This document shows positions 52,288 to 62,110 of a stretch of 64,000 nt of DNA, in pieces. The position numbers and the translations under genes were made by a program. The notes under the pieces are model-generated. The model was not told the DNA's origin, ran no database searches, and worked only from the letters and a program-made list of their open reading frames with translations. Within the stretch, counting starts at the first letter, position 1. Each line of letters begins with the position of its first letter. Source of the DNA: Promethearchaeota archaeon (lineage in GTDB: Archaea; Asgardarchaeota; Lokiarchaeia; Sigyniarchaeales; SOKP01); the NCBI GenBank assembly GCA_019058445.1, contig JAHPZA010000004.1:290084-354083 (forward strand). The letters run 5' to 3'.

Positions 52288-53757
52288 GTGAGCTATTTGA
52301 AAATATCTTTAATTTTCCCCCGACCTCCAGAAAAAGGGACTTTTTGTGGTACAGTTAAAGGAGCTGAGAGATATAACAAAGATAAAATTGAATTTTATGG
52401 CTTTCCTCCTATAGGACTTCTTTATCTTGCAACATACTTAGAAAACCATTTTGATGTATCTATACTTGATCAATTTGCGAGGGGTTATTCTATTGAAAAA
52501 ACAGTAAATTGGATAAAGCAGGAAGATCCTGATATTTTGGGTTTTTCGACTATTACCACAGCTGGAACAGGAGTTACTTCTGCGCTAATAGCAAAAAAAG
52601 TAAAGGAAGAGGTAAATCCAAATGTTAAAATCTTATTTGGAAATTATCATGCAACTTTTAATGATACTCGAATCTTAAACAAATACCCTTTTATTGATGC
52701 ATGCGTGAGGGGAGAGGGGGAAAAAACTCTTTTAGAAATTGCCGAAAAAATTGAAAAAGGAAAAGGGTTTGAAGATATTAGAGGATTAACTTATCGAAAT
52801 AATGGTAAAATTATTAGAAATGATGAAAGACCCCTAATAGAAAATATAGATGAGTTACCATTCCCAAATAGAAAATTATTAGGGAATATTGAATATAAAA
52901 GTAAAGTTGAAGGATTAGATATTGCACTAGGAAAATTTACTTCTGCGGCTTCTTCAAGGGGTTGTGCATTTAAATGCTCATTTTGTTCGAGTTCTAGATT
53001 TTGGAATAAATGGCGACCAAGATCTCCAGAAAATATCGTTCAAGAGTTATCAATCCTTGAAGAAAATGGCTATAAAAGTTTACTTTGGGTTGATGATAAC
53101 TTTACGTTGAACAAAAAAAGATTACTTAAATTGTCCAATTTAATAAGAAAAGAGAAAATAGATTTGAAATGGATGGCTGATGGTCGAGTAACGCAGAGTT
53201 CAAGAGAATTATTAACTGCGATGAAACTAATGGGTTGTAAAGTTCTAAGTTATGGTATTGAAAGTGGCTCCCAAAGAATTTTAGACTGGTATAACAAAAA
53301 AATCACTTTAAATCAAGTTTATGAGGCAATAAAGAATACTAAGAAAGTTGGAATTGATTTTATAATAGGAAATTTCATTTTAGGAGCACCTATTGAGACA
53401 CGTGAGGAGATAATCGAAACTTTAAATTTATCACTCAAATTGAACATAGATTTTCCACAATTTCATATTCTGGGCGTAATACCCGGAAATTGGATTTGGG
53501 ATCAAATGGTTAAGGAAAGAAGAATTAACCCAGATGAAAGTTGGGAAGTAGGTACTGCTGTACTCCCCGTTCCTTTAAGTGAACTAATGACACGAATAAG
53601 AGCAACACATATTAAATTCATGCAACGCCCTAGTTATATCTCTCGGCAAATACTTAAGACTTTAAAGAGCGGATATAGAATAAGAGGATTCCTTCATAAC
53701 TTAAAAAATGTTAAACAATGGGATGTGTGGAATAACTGGAAGCCTTTTTGGGGATGA
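52288..53757 (+). CDS. cobalamin-binding radical SAM protein
   Basis: PPIGLLYLA, GNYHAT, RGEGE, RGCAFKCSFC and GIESGS; GTG start. Confidence 0.93.
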   Translation: MSYLKISLIFPRPPEKGTFCGTVKGAERYNKDKIEFYGFPPIGLLYLATYLENHFDVSILDQFARGYSIEKTVNWIKQEDPDILGFSTITTAGTGVTSALIAKKVKEEVNPNVKILFGNYHATFNDTRILNKYPFIDACVRGEGEKTLLEIAEKIEKGKGFEDIRGLTYRNNGKIIRNDERPLIENIDELPFPNRKLLGNIEYKSKVEGLDIALGKFTSAASSRGCAFKCSFCSSSRFWNKWRPRSPENIVQELSILEENGYKSLLWVDDNFTLNKKRLLKLSNLIRKEKIDLKWMADGRVTQSSRELLTAMKLMGCKVLSYGIESGSQRILDWYNKKITLNQVYEAIKNTKKVGIDFIIGNFILGAPIETREEIIETLNLSLKLNIDFPQFHILGVIPGNWIWDQMVKERRINPDESWEVGTAVLPVPLSELMTRIRATHIKFMQRPSYISRQILKTLKSGYRIRGFLHNLKNVKQWDVWNNWKPFWG

Positions 53758-53819
53758 TGGTTCTATGAAGATTGGTATTATAATTAATGAATAGAGATTA
53801 AATAAATATCCAATTAGGA

Positions 53820-55286
53820 GTGAAAATTATTAAGATCGCCTTAATCAATCCTGGACCCGGAGAGATTCTAGAGAAAGGCAGAATTGTTGCAGGTGCGGAT
53901 CATTTTTATCCTCCTTTAGGAATTTGCTATTTAAGCTCCGTATTAAAAAGAGAGAATTACAACGTCGAATTAATTGACCAAGCCGCGGTAGGTTTTAGTT
54001 TAGAACAGATTGTAAAATGGGTAAAAAAAAGAGATCCAGACATTTTAGGATTTTCTACTTTAACAGCTTCCGGATCAGGGATAAGTGCTGCGAAGACTGC
54101 GATAAAAGCTAAAGAATGGAATCCTAACATTAAAATAGTATTTGGAAACCGCCATGCAACCGTTAATGATTTTAGAATTTTAAACAAATATTCTCAAATA
54201 GATGTATGTGTAAGAGATGAGGGAGAATACACTTTTTTGGAGCTAGTCAAGTCATTCGAAAATGAACGCTCATTAAAAGATATTAGAGGAATTACTTACA
54301 GAGATAATGGAAAAATACATAGAAATGAAAAATCTGGATTAATAAAGAATCTTGATGCATTACCATTTCCCGATCGAAAAGCACTTAAGATCGAGTATCC
54401 AGCAAGCTTTGGCAGTTTGGAACTAGTTCCAGAGGGCTTTACTTCGATGGTTTCATCTCGGGGTTGCCCTTATCATTGCACATTTTGTTACGGAAAAAGA
54501 TCTGTCGGATTTAGGACTCGCTCAGTAGAAAATATCTTGGAGGAAATTCTCTATTTAGAAAGTGAGGGGTATAAATTCATCAATTTTGTAGATGATAATT
54601 TTACTGTTTCACAAAAAAGAGTAATAAAACTTTGTCAATTATTACGGAAACATAATGTTGATATGGATTGGATGTGTGAAGGAAGAGTTAACCAAATATC
54701 TGATGAGATGTTAAGGGAAATGCACAGGACAAACTGTAGGTTTCTTTGTTTTGGTGTTGAAAGTGCAAATCAGAGAATTCTTGATTATTACAAAAAAGAT
54801 ATTACCCCTACTCAATCAATTCTCGCGATCAAAAAAGCTAGAAAAGCAAAAATCCCCTTTATTACTGGTTCATTCGTGGTTGGTGCTCCAGGTGAATCTT
54901 TTGAGGAAATTTATAACACGTTGAAATTTGCTCAAAAATTAGATATTGATGTTCCAATATATAATCTTCTTGGCACAATGCCAGGAACCGATATTTGGGA
55001 TGAAATGGTGGAAAAGAACATCCTGGATGAGGATAAATATTGGGAACAAGGAGTCCATATATCGGATATAGATCCTAATGGAGTTCCAACTAAGCAAATT
55101 TCAAACTTAATTTCAGATATGCTATATCAGTTTTTTACAAATCCTAAATATATTATAAAGGAGTCTTTTAGAAATATTACTAGTTTTTATCGATTGCAGT
55201 CAATAAGTAGATTTTTAACTCACAATATTAAGAATTTCAAGGATTTCCATGGAATTAAATCTATATGGAATCCTGAAAATGTTTGA
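53820..55286 (+). CDS. cobalamin-binding radical SAM protein (tandem paralogue of 52288)
   Basis: PPLGICYL, GNRHAT, EGE, RGCPYHCTFC and GVESA. Confidence 0.93.
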   Translation: MKIIKIALINPGPGEILEKGRIVAGADHFYPPLGICYLSSVLKRENYNVELIDQAAVGFSLEQIVKWVKKRDPDILGFSTLTASGSGISAAKTAIKAKEWNPNIKIVFGNRHATVNDFRILNKYSQIDVCVRDEGEYTFLELVKSFENERSLKDIRGITYRDNGKIHRNEKSGLIKNLDALPFPDRKALKIEYPASFGSLELVPEGFTSMVSSRGCPYHCTFCYGKRSVGFRTRSVENILEEILYLESEGYKFINFVDDNFTVSQKRVIKLCQLLRKHNVDMDWMCEGRVNQISDEMLREMHRTNCRFLCFGVESANQRILDYYKKDITPTQSILAIKKARKAKIPFITGSFVVGAPGESFEEIYNTLKFAQKLDIDVPIYNLLGTMPGTDIWDEMVEKNILDEDKYWEQGVHISDIDPNGVPTKQISNLISDMLYQFFTNPKYIIKESFRNITSFYRLQSISRFLTHNIKNFKDFHGIKSIWNPENV

Positions 55287-55377
55287 GAATATTAGTAAGC
55301 TTGTTGAACATGATTAAGATTAGGGCGATGTGTTTAAACTGGATTAGTTTATTAAGTAATAAAAATATACTATTAAT

Positions 55378-55773
55378 ATGGCTAACTTTTGCTCTAACTG
55401 TGGAACAAAGGTAGAACAAACTTGGAATGCATGTCCTAAATGCGGTACAGCGTTAGGAGGAGGAGTCAATTCACAATCTACACCTCAATATTACACAGCG
55501 TCATATACTCAAACTGTCCAAAAGTCTTCTAGTTGGAAAAAACATAAACACAGTGCGTTAGCATTAATATTTGCTAATATTGGGTTATTTGGTATTTTGT
55601 TTACTGGTGTTGGTCTTATTTTTGGGATATTAGCAATTACTTTCGGTATTAAAGGAATTAGAAGAGATGAGGATCGTGTTATGGCGATTTTAGGTATAAT
55701 AGTAGGGGGCATTGATTTAATTTTAGGAATTATTGTATTAATCATCGTTATCAATATCATATCTAACTATTAA
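55378..55773 (+). CDS. zinc-ribbon plus DUF4190-like membrane protein
   Basis: FCSNCG...CPKCG followed by two to three TM helices. Confidence 0.8.
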   Translation: MANFCSNCGTKVEQTWNACPKCGTALGGGVNSQSTPQYYTASYTQTVQKSSSWKKHKHSALALIFANIGLFGILFTGVGLIFGILAITFGIKGIRRDEDRVMAILGIIVGGIDLILGIIVLIIVINIISNY

Positions 55774-55960
55774 TCACAACGGGAATTGGATTAAAATTTT
55801 GTGAAATCCGCGATTTTTTTTATTCTGATATTATTTAATCAATTTCTTTTAAACGATTTTATTTTAATTTAAGTGTTTTTATTATAATCATAATATGATA
55901 ATTATGGTTTAGTCTATTCTCAAACCATTAGTTCAAACTTAAATTTTTCGGAAAAAGTAG

Positions 55961-57955
55961 ATGGATAAAACACCATACATAAAATATAAAAACATATTCA
56001 TAATTCCAACATTTCATTCGAGGCTCGAATTTACAAAGTTAGTTCGAAAGGCATTTTTCATGGTATTTCCAGATGTAATCTGTGTTGAATTACCTGATAA
56101 CATTAGAAATGAAGTAATTGAGGGAATTAATCGACTTCCTTTCTTATCATTAATTGCTTATGCAGATACTTTAAATCCAACAAAATTAAATTTCGTTCCT
56201 ATAGATCCAGGTGATTCAATTATAGAAGCAATAAGAATAGGATTGGAGTATGACTTTCCAATTGAATTTATTGATTTCTCTGTTAAAGATTACGCTCCTC
56301 CAAATTTTAAACTGCCGGATGACTATTCTATTAATGATTTGGGATTAGAATTATTTTACAATAAAATTTCTGACCATTTTAATGAAGAATATAGAGAAGA
56401 AAAAAATCTTCTTCGAGATGAGATAAACTTAGAAGATTATTTAGCCAATCAAACTCAAGAAAGTCTTGATAAAGAATACAACTTTATCGAAAAGGATATA
56501 TTACGAGAAAAATATATGGCATCGCATCTATTAAAGATGATATCATTATATAATAGAATTTTATTTATCGTGGGAATGGCACATTGGGAAAATATAAGAT
56601 ATTATCTAGAACATCCAGAAAAAATTGAAGACGTAGAGTTCAATCTTATTCCCCATGAATTTGTAAAACTTTATAATATAAAAAGTTCAGACGCTCGATT
56701 TCTTTTAAAAGAATTGCCTTATGATACTTATAAGTGGATAAAATTTAGGAAAAAATACTCAAAGACACAACTCGAAAGGATAGAAACACCTGAAGAGCTT
56801 TATAGTATTTTAAATACTTATCAAAAAATAGATAATATTAGAAAAATCTTATTGAAGTCAAAATACTTGTATGAAGAGGAGTTTAAAGAATTTGTAGATA
56901 TGCATAAACTAAAAACTTTATTTCAATATTCAAGAAATCTTTCATTAACAAAGAGAAGACTGCTACCTAATTTGACTCATTTATTAATTTCATCTAAAAA
57001 TGTAGTTGATGATGATTACGCATGGAAAGTTTTAGAAAAAGCCATTAAATATCCGTTTAACGATGAGAGTGGAAAATATGAAACAATGAAACTTAGTATG
57101 GAGGGAGGATATGATCCAAATGGAAGATATATCAGATTAAGAAGACATCATCCATACTATTATGGAAAAGAAAGAGAAGTTCCATTGAATAAAAAATATA
57201 AGGAAGATTATGAGGGGCAATGGAGAGATGAATGGGAAAAAGGCAAATACATCACTGTTTCTTGGCCTCCGGAGGATATTATTGAAGAAGATTATTTTGC
57301 ATATTTAAGAAAAAAGGCCATTAAGAATTTGAAAAATCTTAGAGTAAAAATAGAGGAATTTAAATCTACTCTGATGGATGGGATTGCTATAAAGGAAACC
57401 ATAAGGAATTGGGCTTTGAAAAAAAAAATTTATGTACGTAATGAACAACAAATTCAGGGTAAAATTGACTCTTTAGTAGTCATATTTGATGAAGATAATG
57501 GCGAAGTTGAAAAATATCCGAATAAAATAACGTGGTGGGCAGAACATGACAAAGAAAGCGATATGGCTTTTTACTCGACTAATCCAGGTGATTATTTAAT
57601 TGGTCCTGGAATTTCACATGTAGAAATTGGAGGTGTACTTTCAATATTTCCTCCACGTCAAATTGATGATGTGTTTAAAAGTTATTCAGATTATAATTTT
57701 CGAGATGTAAAAGGAAAAGCTGAGAGATTATTAAAAGCGGCAATATTATACTCAAAGGAACGTTATATACTTTTTATAGCAGAAAAACCTCCTCGTAAAT
57801 ATTTTTACTCATTGGCAGAAGTTAAACATAGAGAAATAGTGTATATACCACTTGATCAATTTAGTCCGGATTCATTCAAAACGATTAAACACATCCATAT
57901 GCTTGCTGGGAGAGACAAACGAAAAATTGCTCATCATTACATTTTCTTAAAGTAA
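55961..57955 (+). CDS. conserved hypothetical protein with TraB/GumN-like N-terminus (probable MoxR ATPase partner)
   Basis: PTFH, PDVICVELP, REKYMA and VGMAHW; 664 aa. Confidence 0.6.
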   Translation: MDKTPYIKYKNIFIIPTFHSRLEFTKLVRKAFFMVFPDVICVELPDNIRNEVIEGINRLPFLSLIAYADTLNPTKLNFVPIDPGDSIIEAIRIGLEYDFPIEFIDFSVKDYAPPNFKLPDDYSINDLGLELFYNKISDHFNEEYREEKNLLRDEINLEDYLANQTQESLDKEYNFIEKDILREKYMASHLLKMISLYNRILFIVGMAHWENIRYYLEHPEKIEDVEFNLIPHEFVKLYNIKSSDARFLLKELPYDTYKWIKFRKKYSKTQLERIETPEELYSILNTYQKIDNIRKILLKSKYLYEEEFKEFVDMHKLKTLFQYSRNLSLTKRRLLPNLTHLLISSKNVVDDDYAWKVLEKAIKYPFNDESGKYETMKLSMEGGYDPNGRYIRLRRHHPYYYGKEREVPLNKKYKEDYEGQWRDEWEKGKYITVSWPPEDIIEEDYFAYLRKKAIKNLKNLRVKIEEFKSTLMDGIAIKETIRNWALKKKIYVRNEQQIQGKIDSLVVIFDEDNGEVEKYPNKITWWAEHDKESDMAFYSTNPGDYLIGPGISHVEIGGVLSIFPPRQIDDVFKSYSDYNFRDVKGKAERLLKAAILYSKERYILFIAEKPPRKYFYSLAEVKHREIVYIPLDQFSPDSFKTIKHIHMLAGRDKRKIAHHYIFLK

Positions 57956-58076
57956 TAATGAAAATTTTTTTTAGAAATATTGGTCTACTAGAATTTTATA
58001 TTAACCAACAATATATTAAGTAAAGATTTAAATGAATTTATCTTAAATACTTAACAAAATAAAAATGTGAAAAAAA

Positions 58077-58838
58077 ATGTCAACTGGTAACGTAAATAAG
58101 GAATTTTCTGATTTTGGGAGAAGAATGACTATAATTGCGGTCTTTACGCTTCTGAGCATGATATTCGGATTTCTTGGTGGTATCTTTCTCATCTTTGCGA
58201 TAATATCTTATGTATTTGCTTTTATTATCATAATTCTTTTCCTATTAGTGCTCGGTAATACAAATAGAGCTGGCAAGGAACTTAATAATAAAGAACTATT
58301 AGCTTTTAGACCAAAGTTTTTCTGGGGTACCGTTATAAGATTCATTGGACAAATATTATGGAGCATCGGCTTGTGGGCAATAGCAGATATTGTTTCTCGG
58401 GGTGGATCCGGACCAATAGGTGGCTTCGTACTTCTAATGGTAATTGGCGCGATTATAATAATTGTGGGATCAATATTAAGATACATGGCATGGGGCGGAT
58501 TGGCAACCTTTTTTGAAGAAGATAGGCAAATCTTCACTCATGATATGAGTGGTAGAGCAAATACAGGAGCTAAACTCTGCAAAATTGCATGTATCCTTGA
58601 TATGACTATAATTCTTTCGGGTATTGGAGATCTTCTGAGGGTAATTGGCTATTTTATGCTATCAATAATAAAAAAGATCGGCGGAGCTCCAGCTCAACCA
58701 GTATATCAACCTGCTGCTCCTCAAGCTGCTCCATTACCAGCCCCTTCGGCAGTAGGACCTAATTTTTGCCCAAATTGCGGAAGTTCTGTGACCTCAGGAG
58801 CAAGATTTTGTCCTAATTGTGGTTCTGATATCAACTAA
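58077..58838 (+). CDS. membrane protein with Pro/Ala linker and C-terminal zinc ribbon
   Basis: Several TM helices and FCPNCG...FCPNCG. Confidence 0.8.
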   Translation: MSTGNVNKEFSDFGRRMTIIAVFTLLSMIFGFLGGIFLIFAIISYVFAFIIIILFLLVLGNTNRAGKELNNKELLAFRPKFFWGTVIRFIGQILWSIGLWAIADIVSRGGSGPIGGFVLLMVIGAIIIIVGSILRYMAWGGLATFFEEDRQIFTHDMSGRANTGAKLCKIACILDMTIILSGIGDLLRVIGYFMLSIIKKIGGAPAQPVYQPAAPQAAPLPAPSAVGPNFCPNCGSSVTSGARFCPNCGSDIN

Positions 58839-59008
58839 AATCAATAATAAGCAATTTGTAATTTTTATTACTTTCTTTTTTTTAAAATTTTTTTTATTTT
58901 AATTTAGTTATTAAGAACCATTACTCCTACTTCTAAAAAAGAACTTTATAAGCTTAACAAATTAATCGAAAAGAGATATAATTCAAAAAAAAGGTAAAAA
59001 AAAACTAT

Positions 59009-60709
59009 TTATTCATCAATCGAGTCGATATAGCTGGAGATTCGTTGCGTTATCACTTCAGGTTTTTCTGTATGTTCACCGTCTAAAGCAAGGGCTTGCT
59101 CTATATTTTCTCTGTGCACAGTGTTCATGGCGCAAAAGGGTATTTCTCTAACTTTACTTGGATTATCTGGATCGATGACCCCATAATGCACTAAACAGTT
59201 CTTAACCCTATTTAAATCGAAGTTATATGCGTCTTGGAAGTGCATAGCGGAGATCATTAAGTTTCGAGTGTGTAAGAAGTTCGCAGCTGTAGCTAAATTA
59301 GGAGCAAATACGAGTTTGGCAAATGATTGATATGTTTTACTGGATAAAATTTTTCCCGGATTTTTTATATACTTTAATATTCCAGCAAAAAAGTATGCTT
59401 TCATCATTTGTTTATAACCTAAACTAGTTATATCATCCACAAACTTTCCAATTGTACTAGCAAGGCCTCCATATTCCTCTAAATTGATACTTCCTAATAG
59501 CCCAGTGGGTTTTGGTACCTTTTTATCGTGCACCATATCATACACATTATTTGCCCACTTAATGAGCCCTTCAGCATCAAAAAAATTCTCTATAGGTTCC
59601 CATTCCCCTTTATCATTAACGACGATGATGGTTGCAAATCCACAGTCTTGGTGACTCGTCATACCAAACTCAGGCATATCATCAAACCACGCTAGCAATT
59701 TAGTGAACTTAGCTGTTGTAGCTATTGGATAAAATCGCTTAATTCCTCCATTCGTATGTTCATTAATCGCATGTTTCAAGTCTGATGTAGTATATCTTAA
59801 GTCCATGAGTTCTTCAAAACTAATACGACCGCATAATGAGACAGGTTGGAATACGACTCCTGATACGACATCCGCATTCTCTTTAGCATAATCCAATATA
59901 TTGCCAATTTGATGATCATTTACCCCTTTCGCAACGGTCGGAACGAGCATAAGACCATAAAATCCAGCCTTACGACAATTTTCAATGACTTTTTTCTTTA
60001 ATGGCCAAAGATTGACACCCCGTACCTTTTTCCAAACTTCAGGATCATCAGTTGCATCAAATTGTAAATAGACTGCATCCATTCCAGCATCCACTAAAGA
60101 TTTCGTGTATTCAAATGATTTTCCCATTCTTACTCCATTTGTAGATACCATTGTTTCAGTAAATCCTAATTCCTTGCCAGTACGGATAATTTCAGGGAGA
60201 TCATCTCTAATCGTTGGCTCTCCCCCGGCTAACTGAAGCATAACAGCAGGATAGGGCTCCATTGATCTAAAATGTTTCATAATTTGAACAATTTGATCGA
60301 ATGTAGGTTCGACAACGTATCCTTTCGCACTAGCATTAGCAAAGCATATGGGGCATGCTAAATTACATTTATTCGTAACATCTATTAAACAAATACAAGG
60401 GGCACTCTCATGATTCTCGCAAATTCCACAATCATATGGACACCCATTCAATATTGGTTTGATACCTGAAGAAACACACACTGGTTTAGTGGAATTATTG
60501 ATGGTAGAGCCTACTTCATCAGTGAAACTTTGGGCCCATTTATATTCTTCTGGATCAATTGAAATTTTATCTTTAAAATCACCGTGATCTTTACAGTTTT
60601 TTCGCATCATAACCCAATTTGTTTTTGGATCCACGTATATTTCAGCGGGAATTTGAGTTAAACATTCTGGACATAATGATGTAGTTCTTCTGATAACTTC
60701 CTCAGTCAT
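59009..60709 (-). CDS. tes: tetraether lipid synthase-like radical SAM enzyme (Tes/GDGT-MAS, MJ0619 family)
   Basis: N-terminal SLCPEC...C..HG, GCPYDCGICENH, CNLACPICFANA, FQPVSLCGR, HQDCG, HFQDAYNFD...CLVHY and IPFCAMN. Confidence 0.8.
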   Translation of the reverse strand: MTEEVIRRTTSLCPECLTQIPAEIYVDPKTNWVMMRKNCKDHGDFKDKISIDPEEYKWAQSFTDEVGSTINNSTKPVCVSSGIKPILNGCPYDCGICENHESAPCICLIDVTNKCNLACPICFANASAKGYVVEPTFDQIVQIMKHFRSMEPYPAVMLQLAGGEPTIRDDLPEIIRTGKELGFTETMVSTNGVRMGKSFEYTKSLVDAGMDAVYLQFDATDDPEVWKKVRGVNLWPLKKKVIENCRKAGFYGLMLVPTVAKGVNDHQIGNILDYAKENADVVSGVVFQPVSLCGRISFEELMDLRYTTSDLKHAINEHTNGGIKRFYPIATTAKFTKLLAWFDDMPEFGMTSHQDCGFATIIVVNDKGEWEPIENFFDAEGLIKWANNVYDMVHDKKVPKPTGLLGSINLEEYGGLASTIGKFVDDITSLGYKQMMKAYFFAGILKYIKNPGKILSSKTYQSFAKLVFAPNLATAANFLHTRNLMISAMHFQDAYNFDLNRVKNCLVHYGVIDPDNPSKVREIPFCAMNTVHRENIEQALALDGEHTEKPEVITQRISSYIDSIDE

Positions 60710-60984
60710 GAGTTTTCACTTTTTGCTTATAAAGAATTGATTATTATTTAGTTAAATAATTATTTTATCAAATAAAATACCTTCAAATATAAAATATATC
60801 AAATAATCAATACGATTAGTAATATTATTGAAAGTGCGAATTTATAAGTAAGCTGTTTTTTAAATTGATCAAAAGGTTTTCGAAATCGAACTAATTTTGC
60901 TTTAAGTTGAGGGTTATGAGAAAATTTAGAGTTTAAAATTTTTAAATTTTAAATTTTAAAATTATTTTTTAAAAATTAAAAGGA

Positions 60985-61103
60985 GACTCCTACGCGCAAG
61001 ACCTAAATACAAGGTCAAAAATTAAATAGGGGGAGGAGGGCAAAATCAGAGTGTATAAAGATACACTAACCAAAAGACAAAAATCCAGGGTGCGCGAGGA
61101 GTC
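60985..61103. ncRNA. candidate structured non-coding RNA (119 nt, strand uncertain)
   Basis: GC-rich island in a ~700-bp AT-rich gap, with a 13-bp terminal stem with one bulge (GACTCCT-A-CGCGCA / TGCGCG-AGGAGTC) and two internal hairpins (GACCT/AGGTC and AGTGTAT/ATACACT). Confidence 0.65.
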
Positions 61104-61414
61104 ATGGTTTTGATTTTTCTATTTTAATTTTTGAATTTTAGATGTAAAATTTGTTATTAATTATGAAATTTAAATTTTCATCTTAAGATTAAAATATATT
61201 TTCCAATATTTAAATTGAATGGATAAAATAATTAAAAAATATATTTAAAACCATCAATACTTTAAAATAAGTTCAATTGGAATAATCATTCAATTGTATT
61301 TTTGAAATATTTGTAAAAATTAATGAAGAAACATAAAAAAGATTGTCAATTGAAGTATTAATTTTATAAGGAATAAATTTATAATTTAGAATATAAAACA
61401 GATTCATTTATTAT

Positions 61415-61837
61415 ATGCTGAATATGCTTATAGAAGATAAACAAAAAATTAATCCATTGGGTAAAGAAGATCCCGAATTTAAAATAGATGTTGGTACAAT
61501 AATTTTTACAATAATTGGAGCAATTGTTTCTTGGATAAACATGTTAATGATTCTCGTCTACCAATTGGGAAGTTATGAATCGATCGTAAAGATTTTGGCT
61601 TATTTATCAATAATCTTTACCATAATAATTCCTGGTGTAATTATTGGTATAAAAAATAGATTTTGGGGTTATGGTTACTTACTTGGATTTGCTTTAGCAG
61701 GCATTCCATTCATATTCATTGTTGATTTATTTATAGGAGGCTATACGTTTGTAACCGCATTATTTATCTTTATAATTATGTGGTTGATATTCTGGAAAGT
61801 GTGGAGGTCTCTTGCGATGATAAAGCGCAAAACTTAA
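61415..61837 (+). CDS. small multi-pass membrane protein
   Basis: 140 aa with four hydrophobic helices. Confidence 0.7.
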   Translation: MLNMLIEDKQKINPLGKEDPEFKIDVGTIIFTIIGAIVSWINMLMILVYQLGSYESIVKILAYLSIIFTIIIPGVIIGIKNRFWGYGYLLGFALAGIPFIFIVDLFIGGYTFVTALFIFIIMWLIFWKVWRSLAMIKRKT

Positions 61838-61863
61838 GATTTCGATTAAAAAAGAGAGGGATA

Positions 61864-62073
61864 TTAGAGAAAAATCATTTGTTTACATTTCACACATTTT
61901 TTTCCTTCATTCTTCGCGTTTATGGCACATTCCAAGCAATATTTCGATTTACAGGAGGGACATGTATAAATTTCTCCTTTTATTTCACCTTTATGGAAAA
62001 GACAAAAATTTTGTTTCATTTTAAATTCGCTTGGAGGTAAAACTGGAGGAGGAGGTATTTTTTTATCACTCAT
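61864..62073 (-). CDS. small RING-like zinc-finger protein with N-terminal polyproline
   Basis: CLFH..CPSC..CLEC..CVKC (eight potential ligands) and IPPPPVLPP. Confidence 0.7.
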   Translation of the reverse strand: MSDKKIPPPPVLPPSEFKMKQNFCLFHKGEIKGEIYTCPSCKSKYCLECAINAKNEGKKCVKCKQMIFL

Positions 62074-62110
62074 AATTAATCAATGCACCTATTGCAAACC
62101 TATTTTAAAT

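Noticed and set aside
53755-53787. TGA stop of the 52288 gene followed in frame by WFYEDWYYN, considered as Sec or Trp readthrough
   Set aside because: The protein is already full length relative to its paralogue, and TGA acts as a normal stop in several other genes here.
55780-55825. Weak hairpin plus T-run after the 55378 gene
   Set aside because: The stem is short and T-tracts follow most genes here, so it is not specific enough to call.
60985-61103. Structured element considered as 5S rRNA, tRNA or tRNA-Sec
   Set aside because: The length is 5S-like, but there is no loop C (CCGAAC) or loop E motif, no TTCRA T-loop and no cloverleaf geometry.
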